Source: an uncultured Acidimicrobiaceae bacterium
Lineage (GTDB): Bacteria; Actinomycetota; Acidimicrobiia; Acidimicrobiales; Bog-793
Reading direction: 5' to 3'
DNA: 64,000 nucleotides
Assembly (NCBI GenBank): GCA_963804765.1
Contig: CAWDRQ010000030.1
Span: 155,705 to 219,704, forward strand
The position numbers and the translations under genes are program-made. The notes under the pieces are model-generated. The model did not search any database and was not told where the DNA came from. It worked only from the letters and a program-made list of their open reading frames with translations. Shown here in pieces: positions 51,030 to 61,004 of this stretch (position 1 is the stretch's first letter; every line of letters starts with the position of its first letter).

Positions 51030-51407
51030 TCACGAGCTCGATCGACCCGGGCGCTCGGTGCGCTCGTGTGAACCGGGCCGGACAATCGCCGAGCGGAGCT
51101 CTTGCGCGATCGCGTCGCGCGCCCGGTCAGGGTCGATGTCTGTGACGCGGACGCGCTTGAGGCGGCTCTTCTCCCCCGAAACCAGCTCGACCTGGGACTT
51201 GCGGACACCGAGCAGATCGGCAACGAACTCGACACACTGTGCATTCGCGCGGCCGCCAATCGGCGGAGCGGCCACCTTCAAAGCGAGCGCGTCACCGTGA
51301 CGTCCGGTCACCGACGAACGGCCGGCACCGGGTTGCACACGGACCCGCAACACGATGCCGACGGGCCCGCCTTCGGGTGACTCGACGTCAAAAAAGTCAT
51401 CTGCCAT
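51030..51407 (-). CDS. DUF167 (YggU) family protein
   Basis: 125 aa: VLRVRVQPGAGRSSVTGRHGDALALKVAAPPIGGRANAQCVEFVADLLGVRKSQVELVSGEKSRLKRVRV. This is the complete DUF167 signature. Confidence 0.8.
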   Translation of the reverse strand: MADDFFDVESPEGGPVGIVLRVRVQPGAGRSSVTGRHGDALALKVAAPPIGGRANAQCVEFVADLLGVRKSQVELVSGEKSRLKRVRVTDIDPDRARDAIAQELRSAIVRPGSHERTERPGRSSS

Positions 51408-54400
51408 GGCCGCCTACTGTATGACCATGGCAGAGGCACCCGGCGCGAGCCCCTATCCGCAGGTCCCCGCGCAGCCGCGTTATCCGTCCCTAGAGGAGCA
51501 GATTCTCGCCTCCTGGCAGGTGGACCACACTTTCGAGGCCTCGGTGGCCCTGCACGGCCCCGAGACCGAGTACGTCTTCTACGACGGGCCCCCGTTCGCC
51601 AACGGGCTGCCCCACTACGGCCACCTCCTCACCGGGTTCGTGAAAGACGCCGTGCCTCGCTATCAGACGATGCTCGGTCATCGCGTCGAGCGCCGCTTCG
51701 GTTGGGACTGCCACGGTCTTCCCGCCGAGATGGCCGCCCAGCAGGAGCTCGGGCTGTCTGGCCGCCAGGCGGTGATCGATTCCGGCATCGGCAGCTTCAA
51801 CGCCTACTGCCGCCAGCTCGTGCAGCGGACCACCGACGCCTGGGAGCGTTATGTGACTCGCCAGGCACGCTGGGTGGACTTCGAGAACACGTACAAGACC
51901 ATGGACACCTCCTTCATGGAGAGCGTGCTGTGGGCCTTCAAACGGCTCTACGACAAGGGCCTCGCCTACGAGGGCTTCCGCGTCCTGCCCTACTGCTGGG
52001 AATGCGAGACGCCCCTGTCGAATTCCGAGACCCGCCAGGACGACGCCTACCGGAACCGCACCGACCCGGCGATCACTCTGCGCTTCGACCTCGAGCCGGT
52101 CGAGGACGGGCCCGAGCTGCTGAGAGGCGAGATCGGGATGCTCGCCTGGACCACGACGCCGTGGACCTTGCCGTCGAACCTCGCCCTTGCCGTCGGACCG
52201 GAGCTTTCCTACAGCGTGCTCGCCTTCGGTGAGGGCCGTGTCGTGATCGGCGAAGAGTGCCTGCAAGCCTACGAGCAAGCCCTCGCAGGTGCCGAGGTCC
52301 TCGGCACTGTGGCCGGGGCGGATCTCGTCGGGCGGCATTTCCGCCCCCTTTTCGGCTACTTCGCCGACACTCCCGGCGCCTTTGTGGTGCTGGGCGCGGA
52401 CTTCGTCGCGATGGACGAGGGCACCGGCATCGTCCAGATGGCGCCCGGGTTCGGCGAGGACGACCAACGCGCTTGCGAGGAGGCAGGGATACAGGTCGTG
52501 TGCCCGGTCGACGATCGCGGACGTTTCACCTACGAGGTCGGCGATCTCGCCGGTGTCCAGGTCTTCGACGCCAACGCCCGGATCGTCGAGCGGCTCGCCG
52601 CCGTGGGGGCCCTCGTAAGCGTCGAGGAGTACACCCACAGCTACCCGCATTGCTGGCGGACCGACACACCGCTCATCTACCGGGCGATGAGCTCATGGTT
52701 CGTGGCCGTGACAGCTTTCAAGGACCGCATGGTCGAGCTCAACCAGCAGATCCGCTGGGTGCCCGAGCACGTGCGCGACGGCTCGTTCGGCAAGTGGCTG
52801 GAGGGGGCACGGGACTGGTCGATAAGCCGGAACCGTTTCTGGGGCACCCCGATCCCGGTGTGGAAGAGCGACGACCAGGCTTACCCGCGCGTCGACGTCT
52901 ACGGCAGCCTAGACGAGCTCGCGGCCGATTTCGGAGTGCGCCCCGACGACTTGCACCGCCCGTACATTGACGAGCTGACCCGGCCGAATCCCGACGACCC
53001 GACCGGTGCTTCGACGATGCGCCGCATCCCGGACGTCTTCGACTGCTGGTTCGAGTCCGGCTCCATGCCCTTCGCACAGCTGCACTACCCCTTCGAGAAC
53101 GCCAAGCGGTTCGAGGACCACTTCCCGGCCGACTTCATCGTCGAGTACGTGGGCCAGACCCGGGGCTGGTTCTACACCTTGCACGTGCTGGCGACGGCCC
53201 TGTTCGACAGGCCGCCTTTCAAGACCTGCATCGCCCATGGCGTCGTGCTCGGAGACGACGGACGCAAGCTCTCCAAGAGGCTGCGCAACTTCCCCGATCC
53301 CGAGGAGGTGTTCGCCGCCTACGGGGCCGACGCGATGCGCTGGTACCTGCTCAGCTCGGCCGTGCTACGCGGCAACGACGTCGTCATCGAGGAGAAGGGG
53401 CTGGCCGAGCCCATCCGGCTGGTCTGCAACCCGATCTGGAACACGTGGTACTTCCTGTCCATGTACGCCAACGCGGACGGCCTCGGAGGACGGGTCCGAA
53501 CCGACCAGACCGGCGTGCTCGACCGCTACGTCCTCGCCAAGACGCGCCGACTCGTCGAGGATGTCACCGCCGCCATGGACACCTACGACCTTGCGGGCGC
53601 GACCGGTCACATCTCGCTGTTCCTCGATGCGCTGACCAACTGGTACGTGCGCCGCAGTCGCGACCGCTTCTGGCGCCCCGTGGACGCCGGGACCACACCC
53701 CTGACCCAGGAGTCCCCCGGGGCCCCGCCCGACGACAAACAGGACGCCTACGACACGCTGCACACCGTTCTCGAGGTGCTCTGCCGGGTCTCGGCGCCGT
53801 TCCTCCCGTTTCTCAGCGAGGCCGTCTACCGAGGGCTGACCGGCGAGCGCAGCGTGCATCTCAACACCTGGCCGCTCGCCGACGAGCTGCCTTCGGACCC
53901 AGGCCTCGTCGAGGCGATGGACCTCGCCCGGGAGGTGTGCTCGGCCGGCCACTCGATCCGCAAGGCGGCCGGACGCCGGGCGCGCCTGCCGCTGTCGTCA
54001 TTGACGGTGGCGGCGCCGGGCGCCGGTCGTCTCCTGGCCTACGCGGACCTGATCGCCGACGAGGTGAACGTGCAGCAGGTCAAGCTGGTCGAGACGGTCG
54101 GCGACCTGGCGGAGACCGTTCTCAACGTCATCCCTGCCGTGCTCGGCCCGAGGCTCGGGGAGCGTACCCAGCACGTCATCGCGGCCACGAGGAGGGGCGA
54201 CTGGTCCCGGCTCGCCGACGGCAGCGTGGAGGCCGGCGGCGTACGGCTCGAGAACGGTGAATTCGAGCTGCGCCTGCGGCCTTCGCAGCCGGGTTCCAGC
54301 CGGACGCTGCCCGGCGAGGTGGGGATAGTCGCCCTCGACCTCGAGACGACCCCTGAGCTGGAGGCCGAGGGCCTGGCCCGGGACGTCATCCGTTTCGTGC

Positions 54401-54654
54401 AGCGCGCCCGACGCGACGCAGGACTGAGAGTCACCGACCGGATCAGACTGTGGATCGGGCTCCCGAACGCCTCAGCCGCCGTCGTCGAACGGTGGAAGGC
54501 TCACATCGCGGCCCAGGTGCTCGCGATCGAGATCGAGATCGCGGCCCTGGCCGACTCCCGAGCACAGACCACGACGCCCGATGACGTCTTCACAGCCGTG
54601 GGCGAGCTGTCGGACGGCGACGACGTCGTCGCCCGAGTCCAACGCCTCGGCTGA
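51406..54654 (+). CDS. ileS: Isoleucine--tRNA ligase (type 2, actinobacterial length)
   Basis: About 1080 aa. Candidate starts are ATG 51406, 51421 or 51427. It contains PPFANGLPHYGHLLTG (HIGH), a CP1 editing domain, KLSKRLRNFPDP (KMSKS) and a long C-terminal anticodon-binding extension. Confidence 0.95.
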   Translation: MAAYCMTMAEAPGASPYPQVPAQPRYPSLEEQILASWQVDHTFEASVALHGPETEYVFYDGPPFANGLPHYGHLLTGFVKDAVPRYQTMLGHRVERRFGWDCHGLPAEMAAQQELGLSGRQAVIDSGIGSFNAYCRQLVQRTTDAWERYVTRQARWVDFENTYKTMDTSFMESVLWAFKRLYDKGLAYEGFRVLPYCWECETPLSNSETRQDDAYRNRTDPAITLRFDLEPVEDGPELLRGEIGMLAWTTTPWTLPSNLALAVGPELSYSVLAFGEGRVVIGEECLQAYEQALAGAEVLGTVAGADLVGRHFRPLFGYFADTPGAFVVLGADFVAMDEGTGIVQMAPGFGEDDQRACEEAGIQVVCPVDDRGRFTYEVGDLAGVQVFDANARIVERLAAVGALVSVEEYTHSYPHCWRTDTPLIYRAMSSWFVAVTAFKDRMVELNQQIRWVPEHVRDGSFGKWLEGARDWSISRNRFWGTPIPVWKSDDQAYPRVDVYGSLDELAADFGVRPDDLHRPYIDELTRPNPDDPTGASTMRRIPDVFDCWFESGSMPFAQLHYPFENAKRFEDHFPADFIVEYVGQTRGWFYTLHVLATALFDRPPFKTCIAHGVVLGDDGRKLSKRLRNFPDPEEVFAAYGADAMRWYLLSSAVLRGNDVVIEEKGLAEPIRLVCNPIWNTWYFLSMYANADGLGGRVRTDQTGVLDRYVLAKTRRLVEDVTAAMDTYDLAGATGHISLFLDALTNWYVRRSRDRFWRPVDAGTTPLTQESPGAPPDDKQDAYDTLHTVLEVLCRVSAPFLPFLSEAVYRGLTGERSVHLNTWPLADELPSDPGLVEAMDLAREVCSAGHSIRKAAGRRARLPLSSLTVAAPGAGRLLAYADLIADEVNVQQVKLVETVGDLAETVLNVIPAVLGPRLGERTQHVIAATRRGDWSRLADGSVEAGGVRLENGEFELRLRPSQPGSSRTLPGEVGIVALDLETTPELEAEGLARDVIRFVQRARRDAGLRVTDRIRLWIGLPNASAAVVERWKAHIAAQVLAIEIEIAALADSRAQTTTPDDVFTAVGELSDGDDVVARVQRLG

Positions 54655-54710
54655 GCGCGACGCCCCCCCGGCGTAGGCTCCGCGGACAGGGCAAGGGTCG
54701 CTCAGTGGGG

Positions 54711-55554
54711 TCAGGCGATCCAGTCCGATCCCATGGCACCGAAGTGGTGCGGGCCTGCATCGGCTTCGGTCCCGCCGACTTTGCCTCGTCCCGGGCTGAA
54801 GAATGTCATGGACTCGGCCTGCCAAGCCTCGGTGGGCGGCCCGGAGTCCTCGAGTGGCGGAACCGCTGCGAGGTTCCTCGGCCCGCTTTCATCCTCCTCG
54901 TCACCGGCGTCATCGGGAGGCGGGACCGACGGTGCCGCCGCAGCAGCGTCTTCGTTGATCTGGTCCTCGATGTCGTCGGTGACGCCCTCTCCTGAAGGAG
55001 TCGGGGCCGGGCGGTGCTTGGACATCTCCTTCGACGAAGTCAGCGTCTTCTCGACCAGACCGAGAGCGGCGCGCAACGACTCTGTCAACCTCTTGCGCTC
55101 GGTCTCGAGCAGCTCCGAGAGTTCCTTGAGCTCGCCTGTGACCTGAGCCCGTTCCCCGTGGAGCCGGGCCAGGTCGTCGGCATGCCGGCGCTGGGCTTCA
55201 GAGGAGAGGTGGAGCGCTTCCTCCCGTGCATCGGCCAGCAGCTTGTCGGACTCGCCGCGAGCGGTGTCCATGAGAACCGCAGCCTGCTCCTGCGCCTCGC
55301 GAATGGCGAGATCTGCGGTTCGCGTCGCCAACACGAGAGTGCGGCGGATACTGTCGTCGTCCTCCCCGACCGCCCTGTCGGAGGCCGACCGCTCTGCCGC
55401 GCTCGGCCCGGAGAGCCAGCTGGTGCATGTTCTCTTGCAGTTCCTCGAGCGCGACCGCGACCTTCTCGAGGAACTCGTCCACCTCATCGGTGTCGTACCC
55501 CCGAAGACTGGTACGAAACTCAACCTCTCGCAGGAGTTTTGCAGACAGGTCCAT
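54711..55554 (-). pseudogene. divIVA: DivIVA-family cell-division protein, apparent +1 frameshift near 55390-55425
   Basis: The N-terminal frame is MDLSAKLLREVEFRTSLRGYDTDEVDEFLEKVAVALEELQENMHQLALRAE, the classic DivIVA start. It continues in another frame as ...SASDRAVGEDDDSIRRTLVLATRTADLAIREAQEQAAVLMDTARGESDKLL.... The span is 844 nt (3n+1). Confidence 0.8.
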
Positions 55555-55608
55555 GCCCGGATGGTATCGGTCGCTCGGGAAAAGATGGTGGATGCTGGGT
55601 CGATCGAC

Positions 55609-55857
55609 CTACAGCAACCCCCTCACGATCAAGATGACAATCCACACGATGATCGGTGAAAGGTCCACAGCCGTGCCACCCACGCGCAGCGGCGGCACGA
55701 TGCGGCGCACCGGCCGCAGCACGGGCTCGGTGATCGCTTCGAAGAACCGGGTGATCGGCACCAGTGCCGAGCCCGGCGACGCGGGGAGATAGGAGAGCAC
55801 GACCCGCACCACGAGCACGAACAAGAAGAGGTTGAGGACGTCGATGACATAGGTCAA
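55609..55857 (-). CDS. YggT-family membrane protein
   Basis: 82 aa. Two TM helices are present, with LSYLP...P.TEP.LRP.RRI.P...G.DLSPI, the YggT pattern. Confidence 0.8.
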   Translation of the reverse strand: MTYVIDVLNLFLFVLVVRVVLSYLPASPGSALVPITRFFEAITEPVLRPVRRIVPPLRVGGTAVDLSPIIVWIVILIVRGLL

Positions 55858-55909
55858 GGCTCGGCGCCCCTGTCGATCGGGCTCGTGTCCCTGGTGAGCT
55901 CAGCGAGCC

Positions 55910-56437
55910 TCAGGGCCGGAACAGACCGTTCTCCTGAAGGCGCTGGCGCTCCTCGGGTGAGACCTCGACGTTCGACGGTGTGAGCAGGAACACCGATTCT
56001 GCGACCTTCTCCATCGATCCCCCGACCGCATATGTGAGTCCCGAGCAGAAGTCGATCATGCGCCGGGCCAGGTCCTTCTCGCTCGCCTGCAGGTTGACGA
56101 TGACCGGCGAGCTCGCTTTGACCATGTCGCCGATCTCCTGAGCGTCCGAGAAGCGGGCCGGGGCCACGACCTGGGGCTTGGAATGGCGTTGGGTCACGAA
56201 CGGCCGCACTACAGCGCCACGAGCCACCGGCGTCGACGGCTCACGCCCGTCTTCGCGCGCGATCGGGCGCACCGTGGCGACGCTCGTCCGCGGCGGCGCA
56301 GGTTCGGGATAGGAGCTCTGCCGCACTCGGCCCGCGGCAGTCTCTGAGACCTCCTCATCGTCGCCGTCGTAGTCGTCCTCGTCATCGATGTCCTTCAGAC
56401 CGAGGTACATCAGCGCTCTTTGCACAAACGAAGCCAT
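55910..56437 (-). CDS. sepF: Cell-division protein SepF
   Basis: 175 aa. An N-terminal amphipathic start MASFVQRALMYLGL is followed by an acidic linker. The C-terminal domain is FSDAQEIGDMVKASSPVIVNLQASEKDLARRMIDFCSGLTYAVGGSMEKVAESVFLLTP. Confidence 0.9.
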   Translation of the reverse strand: MASFVQRALMYLGLKDIDDEDDYDGDDEEVSETAAGRVRQSSYPEPAPPRTSVATVRPIAREDGREPSTPVARGAVVRPFVTQRHSKPQVVAPARFSDAQEIGDMVKASSPVIVNLQASEKDLARRMIDFCSGLTYAVGGSMEKVAESVFLLTPSNVEVSPEERQRLQENGLFRP

Positions 56438-56465
56438 CGCCAGCCCTCCTCCGAGAACTCTATTG

Positions 56466-57215
56466 TTACAGCCTGCGAGGTTGCGGGCGAGGACCGAACA
56501 GGCAAGTCCCGAGGCGAACCATCGTCGCGCCGGCCGCGACGGCCTGCTCGAGATCGGCCGACATGCCCATCGAGAGCTCGGCGAGACCCAGCTCGTCGCG
56601 CAACCGTGCGACCCGGTCGAATGCCGCTCGTGCCAGGCTCGCCTCGCCGGGAGGTGCCACGGTCATAAGTCCGTCTACGCGGCAGCCGATTTCCCGCAGG
56701 CCTGCCACCACGCCGGGCACCTCCCCCGGTGCGCAACCGCCCCGGCCCTCGATACCGGTCGTATCGACCTCCACCAGCAACGACGGGGGCTCGAGCCGAT
56801 CCCCGGCCGGCCGCGACGCGACGGGAGAGGTGCTCCGGCGGATCTCGGCGCGGTGCCGCATTATCGCCTCGCCTTCGACGACTCTTGCCACCGCCTGCCA
56901 GCAGTCCACGAGCCAGGCGAGACGGCCAACCTTGTTGCGCTGCACAGCCCCGAGGAAGTGCCACCTTGCCGTTTGGCCGACCGCCTCCCACTTGGCGATC
57001 AGCTCGTCCGCGTAGTTCTCGCCGAATTCCCTCAGGCCTGCGGCGAATGCCGCCGCGACCTCGCCGGGCCCGAAGCCCTTCGTCACCGCCACGATCCTGA
57101 CCGTCTCGGGATCGCCCCCGGCGTGCGCGATCCGGTCGCGCGCCTCGCCAACACGTGCGGTGATGCTCTCGACGAGCGCGCCATCGACGCTCGCGAACGG
57201 CGGCCGGGGGCTCAC
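56466..57215 (-). CDS. YggS-family pyridoxal-phosphate homeostasis protein
   Basis: 249 aa. It contains IVAVTKGFG (PLP lysine), [16 protein letters not shown] and [29 protein letters not shown]. Confidence 0.9.
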   Translation of the reverse strand: MSPRPPFASVDGALVESITARVGEARDRIAHAGGDPETVRIVAVTKGFGPGEVAAAFAAGLREFGENYADELIAKWEAVGQTARWHFLGAVQRNKVGRLAWLVDCWQAVARVVEGEAIMRHRAEIRRSTSPVASRPAGDRLEPPSLLVEVDTTGIEGRGGCAPGEVPGVVAGLREIGCRVDGLMTVAPPGEASLARAAFDRVARLRDELGLAELSMGMSADLEQAVAAGATMVRLGTCLFGPRPQPRRL

Positions 57216-57880
57216 CGCTCCCCCGTGACCACGAGAGCGTGGCGTCCCGTGTCGTTCCGGGCGCGCCAGGAGAACCAGCCCGGATCACAAGCGGTGCAGT
57301 GCACATGGTCGGTCGACAGAGAGACCGAAAGCGCCTCGAGCGCCCGGAGCACTCCGGCGCGCAAGTCGAGCGCCGGATGCCCGTCAGCGGTCCTGGAGCG
57401 GACAGAGGGCCCGTAGCGCGCCTCCAGCGGCTCGAGGTCGCTCTCGCTGAACTCGTAGCACTCGGGCCCGATGCAGGCCCCGAGAACCGCCACGATCTCG
57501 GTCGCCCCCTGCGAACGCATGGTCGTGGCAGTCGCCTCGAGCACGCCTGCCAGCAAGCCCTGCCAGCCGACGTGCGCCGCCCCGACGACACCCTGCGGGC
57601 TGGCCAGGCCCACGAGCGCGCAATCAGCGGCGAAGACTGCCACGGGGGCACCGGGCATCGTGGTCACGAGCGCGTCGCCCTCCCGCCCCGAACAGGGCTC
57701 ATCTGGGCCCAGGACCACCACACCGCCGCCGTGGGACTGACTCAACCACCGCCAGCGCCCGGGTGCGACGGACTGGCGCCGCGCCTCCAGCGCCTCGAGC
57801 GGACAAGGCGAGCGCGGCCCGAGGTCGCCGTCGGAGGCGCTGCTCAGGACGACGGTCGCAGGAGTTCCCGCGATCGCGAT
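57212..57880 (-). CDS. pgeF: PgeF/YfiH (DUF152, laccase-domain) purine nucleoside phosphorylase-like protein; start codon unresolved
   Basis: In-frame sequence is ...[12 protein letters not shown]...[13 protein letters not shown]...[22 protein letters not shown]...AAHVGWQG...IGPECYEF...[14 protein letters not shown], covering all PgeF blocks. No ATG/GTG/TTG lies upstream of the conserved N-terminal region in this frame. In the ORF track it is read through from ftsZ. Confidence 0.7.
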   Translation of the reverse strand: MAIAGTPATVVLSSASDGDLGPRSPCPLEALEARRQSVAPGRWRWLSQSHGGGVVVLGPDEPCSGREGDALVTTMPGAPVAVFAADCALVGLASPQGVVGAAHVGWQGLLAGVLEATATTMRSQGATEIVAVLGACIGPECYEFSESDLEPLEARYGPSVRSRTADGHPALDLRAGVLRALEALSVSLSTDHVHCTACDPGWFSWRARNDTGRHALVVTGER

Positions 57881-57884
57881 CCGC

Positions 57885-59062
57885 CTAGCGGAGGAAGGAC
57901 GGGACGTCGAAGTCGTCGTCGAGGTCGAGATCGTCGTCGCCGCCGACGTCGAAGACGTCGCGTCCAGGCTCGCGCCGCGGCCCGGGACCGGGCCGGCGAG
58001 ATCGCTCTCGGCCCTGTCTCCAGCTTGAGCGCGCGACGTGGGCCGTGCGGGCGGCTGGCCCGCGGTCGTCCGTGAAGCGCCCGTAGAGGGTTTGCGCGGC
58101 TCCTCGACGGCGTCGTAGCGGTCGAAGCCGGCTGCGATCACGGTCACTCTCACCGTGTCGCCCAGAGCGTCGTCGATGACGTTGCCGAAGATGATGTTGG
58201 CGTCGGGATGAGCCACGTCGTGGATGATCGCTGCGGCCTCGTTCACCTCGAACAAGGTGAGGTCGCTGCCGCCGGCGATGTTGAGCAGGATCCCCCTGGC
58301 GCCCTCGATCGAGGCTTCCAACAACGGGCTCGTGATCGCGTGACGGGCTGCGTTGACCGCGCGCCCCTCACCGGAGCCGGTACCGATACCCATGATCGCG
58401 GAGCCCGCGTTGCTCATCACCATCTTCACGTCGGCGAAGTCGGTGTTGATGATGCCGGGCACGTTGATGAGATCGGTGATGCCCGACACGCCGTGGAGCA
58501 GCACCTCGTCGGCCATCGAGAACGCCTCTACCATCGAGGTGCGCTCGTTCGAGATCGAGAGCAGGCGCTCGTTCGGGATGACGATGAGGGTGTCCACCTT
58601 CTCGCGCAGGCGTTGGATGCCTTCATCGGCCTGGGTCGACCGGCGCCGGCCTTCGAAGGCGAACGGCCGGGTGACCACTCCGATGGTGAGCGCGCCGAGC
58701 GCCTTGGCGGCCTCCGCGATCACCGGGGCCGCACCCGTGCCTGTGCCGCCTCCCTTGCCGGCGGTTATGAAGACCATGTCGGCGCCCTTGAGGACTTCCT
58801 CGATCTCCTCGAGGTGCTCCTCGGCCGCCAGACGCCCGACCTCCGGGTCGCTGCCGGCGCCGAGCCCGCGTGTCAACGTGCGCCCGATGTCGAGCTTTAT
58901 GTCGGCTTCGCTCATCAACAGGGCCTGCGCATCGGTGTTGACCGCGACGAACTCGACCCCTTGCAGGCCGGCGTCGATCATGCGGTTGACGGCATTGACC
59001 CCGGCTCCCCCGACACCTACGACCTTGATCACAGCGATGAAGCTCTGGCCTGGCGTGCTCAT
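57885..59062 (-). pseudogene. ftsZ: Cell-division GTPase FtsZ, apparent -1 frameshift in the C-terminal linker
   Basis: ATG 59062 gives [28 protein letters not shown]...[11 protein letters not shown]...[15 protein letters not shown]..., the full tubulin signature. The conserved C-terminal peptide [11 protein letters not shown] (stop 57885-57887) lies in a different frame from the core. The span is 1178 nt (3n+2). Confidence 0.9.
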
Positions 59063-59283
59063 CCGCGCTCCATCCTCTCCTGAGTACCAGTTGGGTGATC
59101 CCCGAGCAGCAGTGGAGCGATCCTGGTTGGCTTCCGAGTGGCTCCGAGCGGTCATGACTTCTTGCCCTTCGCCTTGCCAGCCGGACAGCAGCTCCGCCGG
59201 CCCGCGTTTACCGCTGGTCAGCGATGCAAACTACCCCGGCGACCTCGACCACCCCTTCAGCACCGGTCTCGTCGCGGGCAATC

Positions 59284-60072
59284 TCAGCCATCACCCTTAC
59301 CATGAACGTTAGAGGGGCTGACCAGGGGGGTCAAGACCGGGGCAGCCGCGACCCGCAGGTCGATCCCGCCGATGCCCGCCAAGTTGACCCCGTGGAGCAC
59401 CGTCGCGAGCGAGACGAACTTCTGGACCAGTGCCTCGTCGTCTCCTACGACCGCCCTCAAACCGCCCTTCAGGCGCAAGACGACCCCGTCGGCGCGAGAG
59501 ACGACGATCTCCTGCAAACTGGGCAAGAGCGACACCGGGAGCTGGGCGGCGGCGGTGAGCAATGGTCGGGCCGAGGCTCCGAGCGAGCTGCCCGGAGACC
59601 CGGGGGTGCCCGGCACGGCGACGAGGGGAAGTGCCGAAGGCCGCGATGGTTGATCTTCCAGGACCCGCCCGGTGGAGTCGACGAGCGCGTAGTCTCCCGC
59701 CGGCAGGGCGGTCGTCGCGACCGGTACCCGCTCGACGATGGCAACTGCGACCGTGGACGGCCAGTCGACGTGCACCGATGCCGTGGCCACCCATGGGAGG
59801 CGTTCCAGCCGGCGCTGCATGGCACCGGTGTCGACATCGATGAGCGGAGGCTCCCGGTCGAGTCCCGTGACCTCGAGGATCTCGCTTCTCGGGGTCTGGA
59901 CCGCTCCGGCGATGACCACCGTCCGTGCGCTGAACAGCGACGAGTGCGCGATGGCCACAGCGCCGGCCACAGCGCCGGCTGCGACGAGCACCCCGAGGAG
60001 GAGGCTGAGGCGGCGGCGGCCGCGCTGACGCTCCACGCGCACCCGCCTGGCCTGGATCCTCGGATCTGTCAT
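59284..60072 (-). CDS. ftsQ: Cell-division protein FtsQ (POTRA domain)
   Basis: 262 aa. A basic N-terminus and a single TM helix (LSLLLGVLVAAGAVAGAVAI) are followed by the POTRA-like stretch TVVIAGAVQTPRSEILEVTGL...LERLPWVATASVHVDWPSTVAVAIVER. Its position between murB and ftsZ fits. Confidence 0.8.
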   Translation of the reverse strand: MTDPRIQARRVRVERQRGRRRLSLLLGVLVAAGAVAGAVAIAHSSLFSARTVVIAGAVQTPRSEILEVTGLDREPPLIDVDTGAMQRRLERLPWVATASVHVDWPSTVAVAIVERVPVATTALPAGDYALVDSTGRVLEDQPSRPSALPLVAVPGTPGSPGSSLGASARPLLTAAAQLPVSLLPSLQEIVVSRADGVVLRLKGGLRAVVGDDEALVQKFVSLATVLHGVNLAGIGGIDLRVAAAPVLTPLVSPSNVHGKGDG

Positions 60073-61004
60073 GACCCCCCCTCGAACCCGACGAGGTGCA
60101 GCTCGGTGCGGAGCTCGACCCCCAGCCGCTCGGCGACGAGAGCGCGTACCTCGTCGATGAGCCTCTTCACGTCGTCCGCCGATCCGCCGGGATCGGCTTG
60201 GATGAAGTTGGCGTGCCTGTCGGACACCACGGCGGAACCGATGCGCAAGCCCTTGAGTCCCGCTTCCTCGATCAGGCGCCCGGCCGCGTCGCCCGGCGGG
60301 TTGGTGAACACCGAGCCTGCGTTCTGGCCTCCTGGCTGGTGCTCCCGGCGCCAGCGCACGATCTCGTCGATCCGAGCGGTCGACAAGGCGGCGTCACCGT
60401 GCCGGAGGTGGTACGACGCCTCGGTTACGACGTCGTAGGGGCCGATCGACGAGTGCCGGTAGGAGAGATCCAGCCCGCTTGCCACGACGAGGTGCTCGGC
60501 TCCCGCCTGAAGGTTGACGATCCTGCAGTCGACCAACAGGTCCGAGGTCTGTGCGCCGTGCCCGCCCGCGTTCATCCTGACCGCGCCGCCGACCGAGCCC
60601 GGTATCCCGACCGCCCACTCCAGCCCGGCGAGACCGGCCGTCGCGGTTCGTCGCGCCAGGACGGGGTAGGCGGCCGCACCGCCGGCCCGCACGAGATCGC
60701 CCTCGATCCCGATCCTGGCAAAGACGTCGGAGAGCCGCACGCACAATCCGGCGAACCCGCAGTCCGCGACGAGAAGATTCGACCCCTTCCCGAGCACCAC
60801 GACCGCGATCCCGGTCGCGCCGACGGCTCCAGCCAGGCGTTCCAGGTCCGCGACACTGGCCGGTTCGCTGAAGAGCGCTGCCGGGCCGCCGACGCGGTAG
60901 GTCGTCAGCTCGCCCATCGGCCGGTCGCGTCCCGCCAGTGGGCCGAGCAGCTCGGCGGCCTGCTCGATCGCGGCCCCTGTCCGGCTGCGGGAGACGGCGC
61001 TCAC
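60069..61004 (-). CDS. murB: UDP-N-acetylenolpyruvoylglucosamine reductase
   Basis: GTG 61004 overlaps the murC stop (GTGA). It contains [41 protein letters not shown] and SVFTNP. Confidence 0.9.
   Translation of the reverse strand: MSAVSRSRTGAAIEQAAELLGPLAGRDRPMGELTTYRVGGPAALFSEPASVADLERLAGAVGATGIAVVVLGKGSNLLVADCGFAGLCVRLSDVFARIGIEGDLVRAGGAAAYPVLARRTATAGLAGLEWAVGIPGSVGGAVRMNAGGHGAQTSDLLVDCRIVNLQAGAEHLVVASGLDLSYRHSSIGPYDVVTEASYHLRHGDAALSTARIDEIVRWRREHQPGGQNAGSVFTNPPGDAAGRLIEEAGLKGLRIGSAVVSDRHANFIQADPGGSADDVKRLIDEVRALVAERLGVELRTELHLVGFEGGS

Noticed and set aside
51150-51405. A possible T-box riboswitch leader upstream of ileS.
   Set aside because: I found neither the conserved T-box sequence nor a specifier-loop context when reading the 250 nt upstream. 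The region is also occupied by the DUF167 coding sequence on the other strand. A covariance-model scan is needed for certainty.
57212-59155. The 647-aa ORF taken at face value as a natural FtsZ-PgeF fusion protein with a 31-residue N-terminal extension.
   Set aside because: The universally conserved FtsZ C-terminal peptide and its stop codon are intact one frame over. The span length is 3n+2, and similar one-base shifts affect several other housekeeping genes. A frameshift, probably a sequencing error, is the more economical reading. It is kept as a finding because the pgeF start problem remains.
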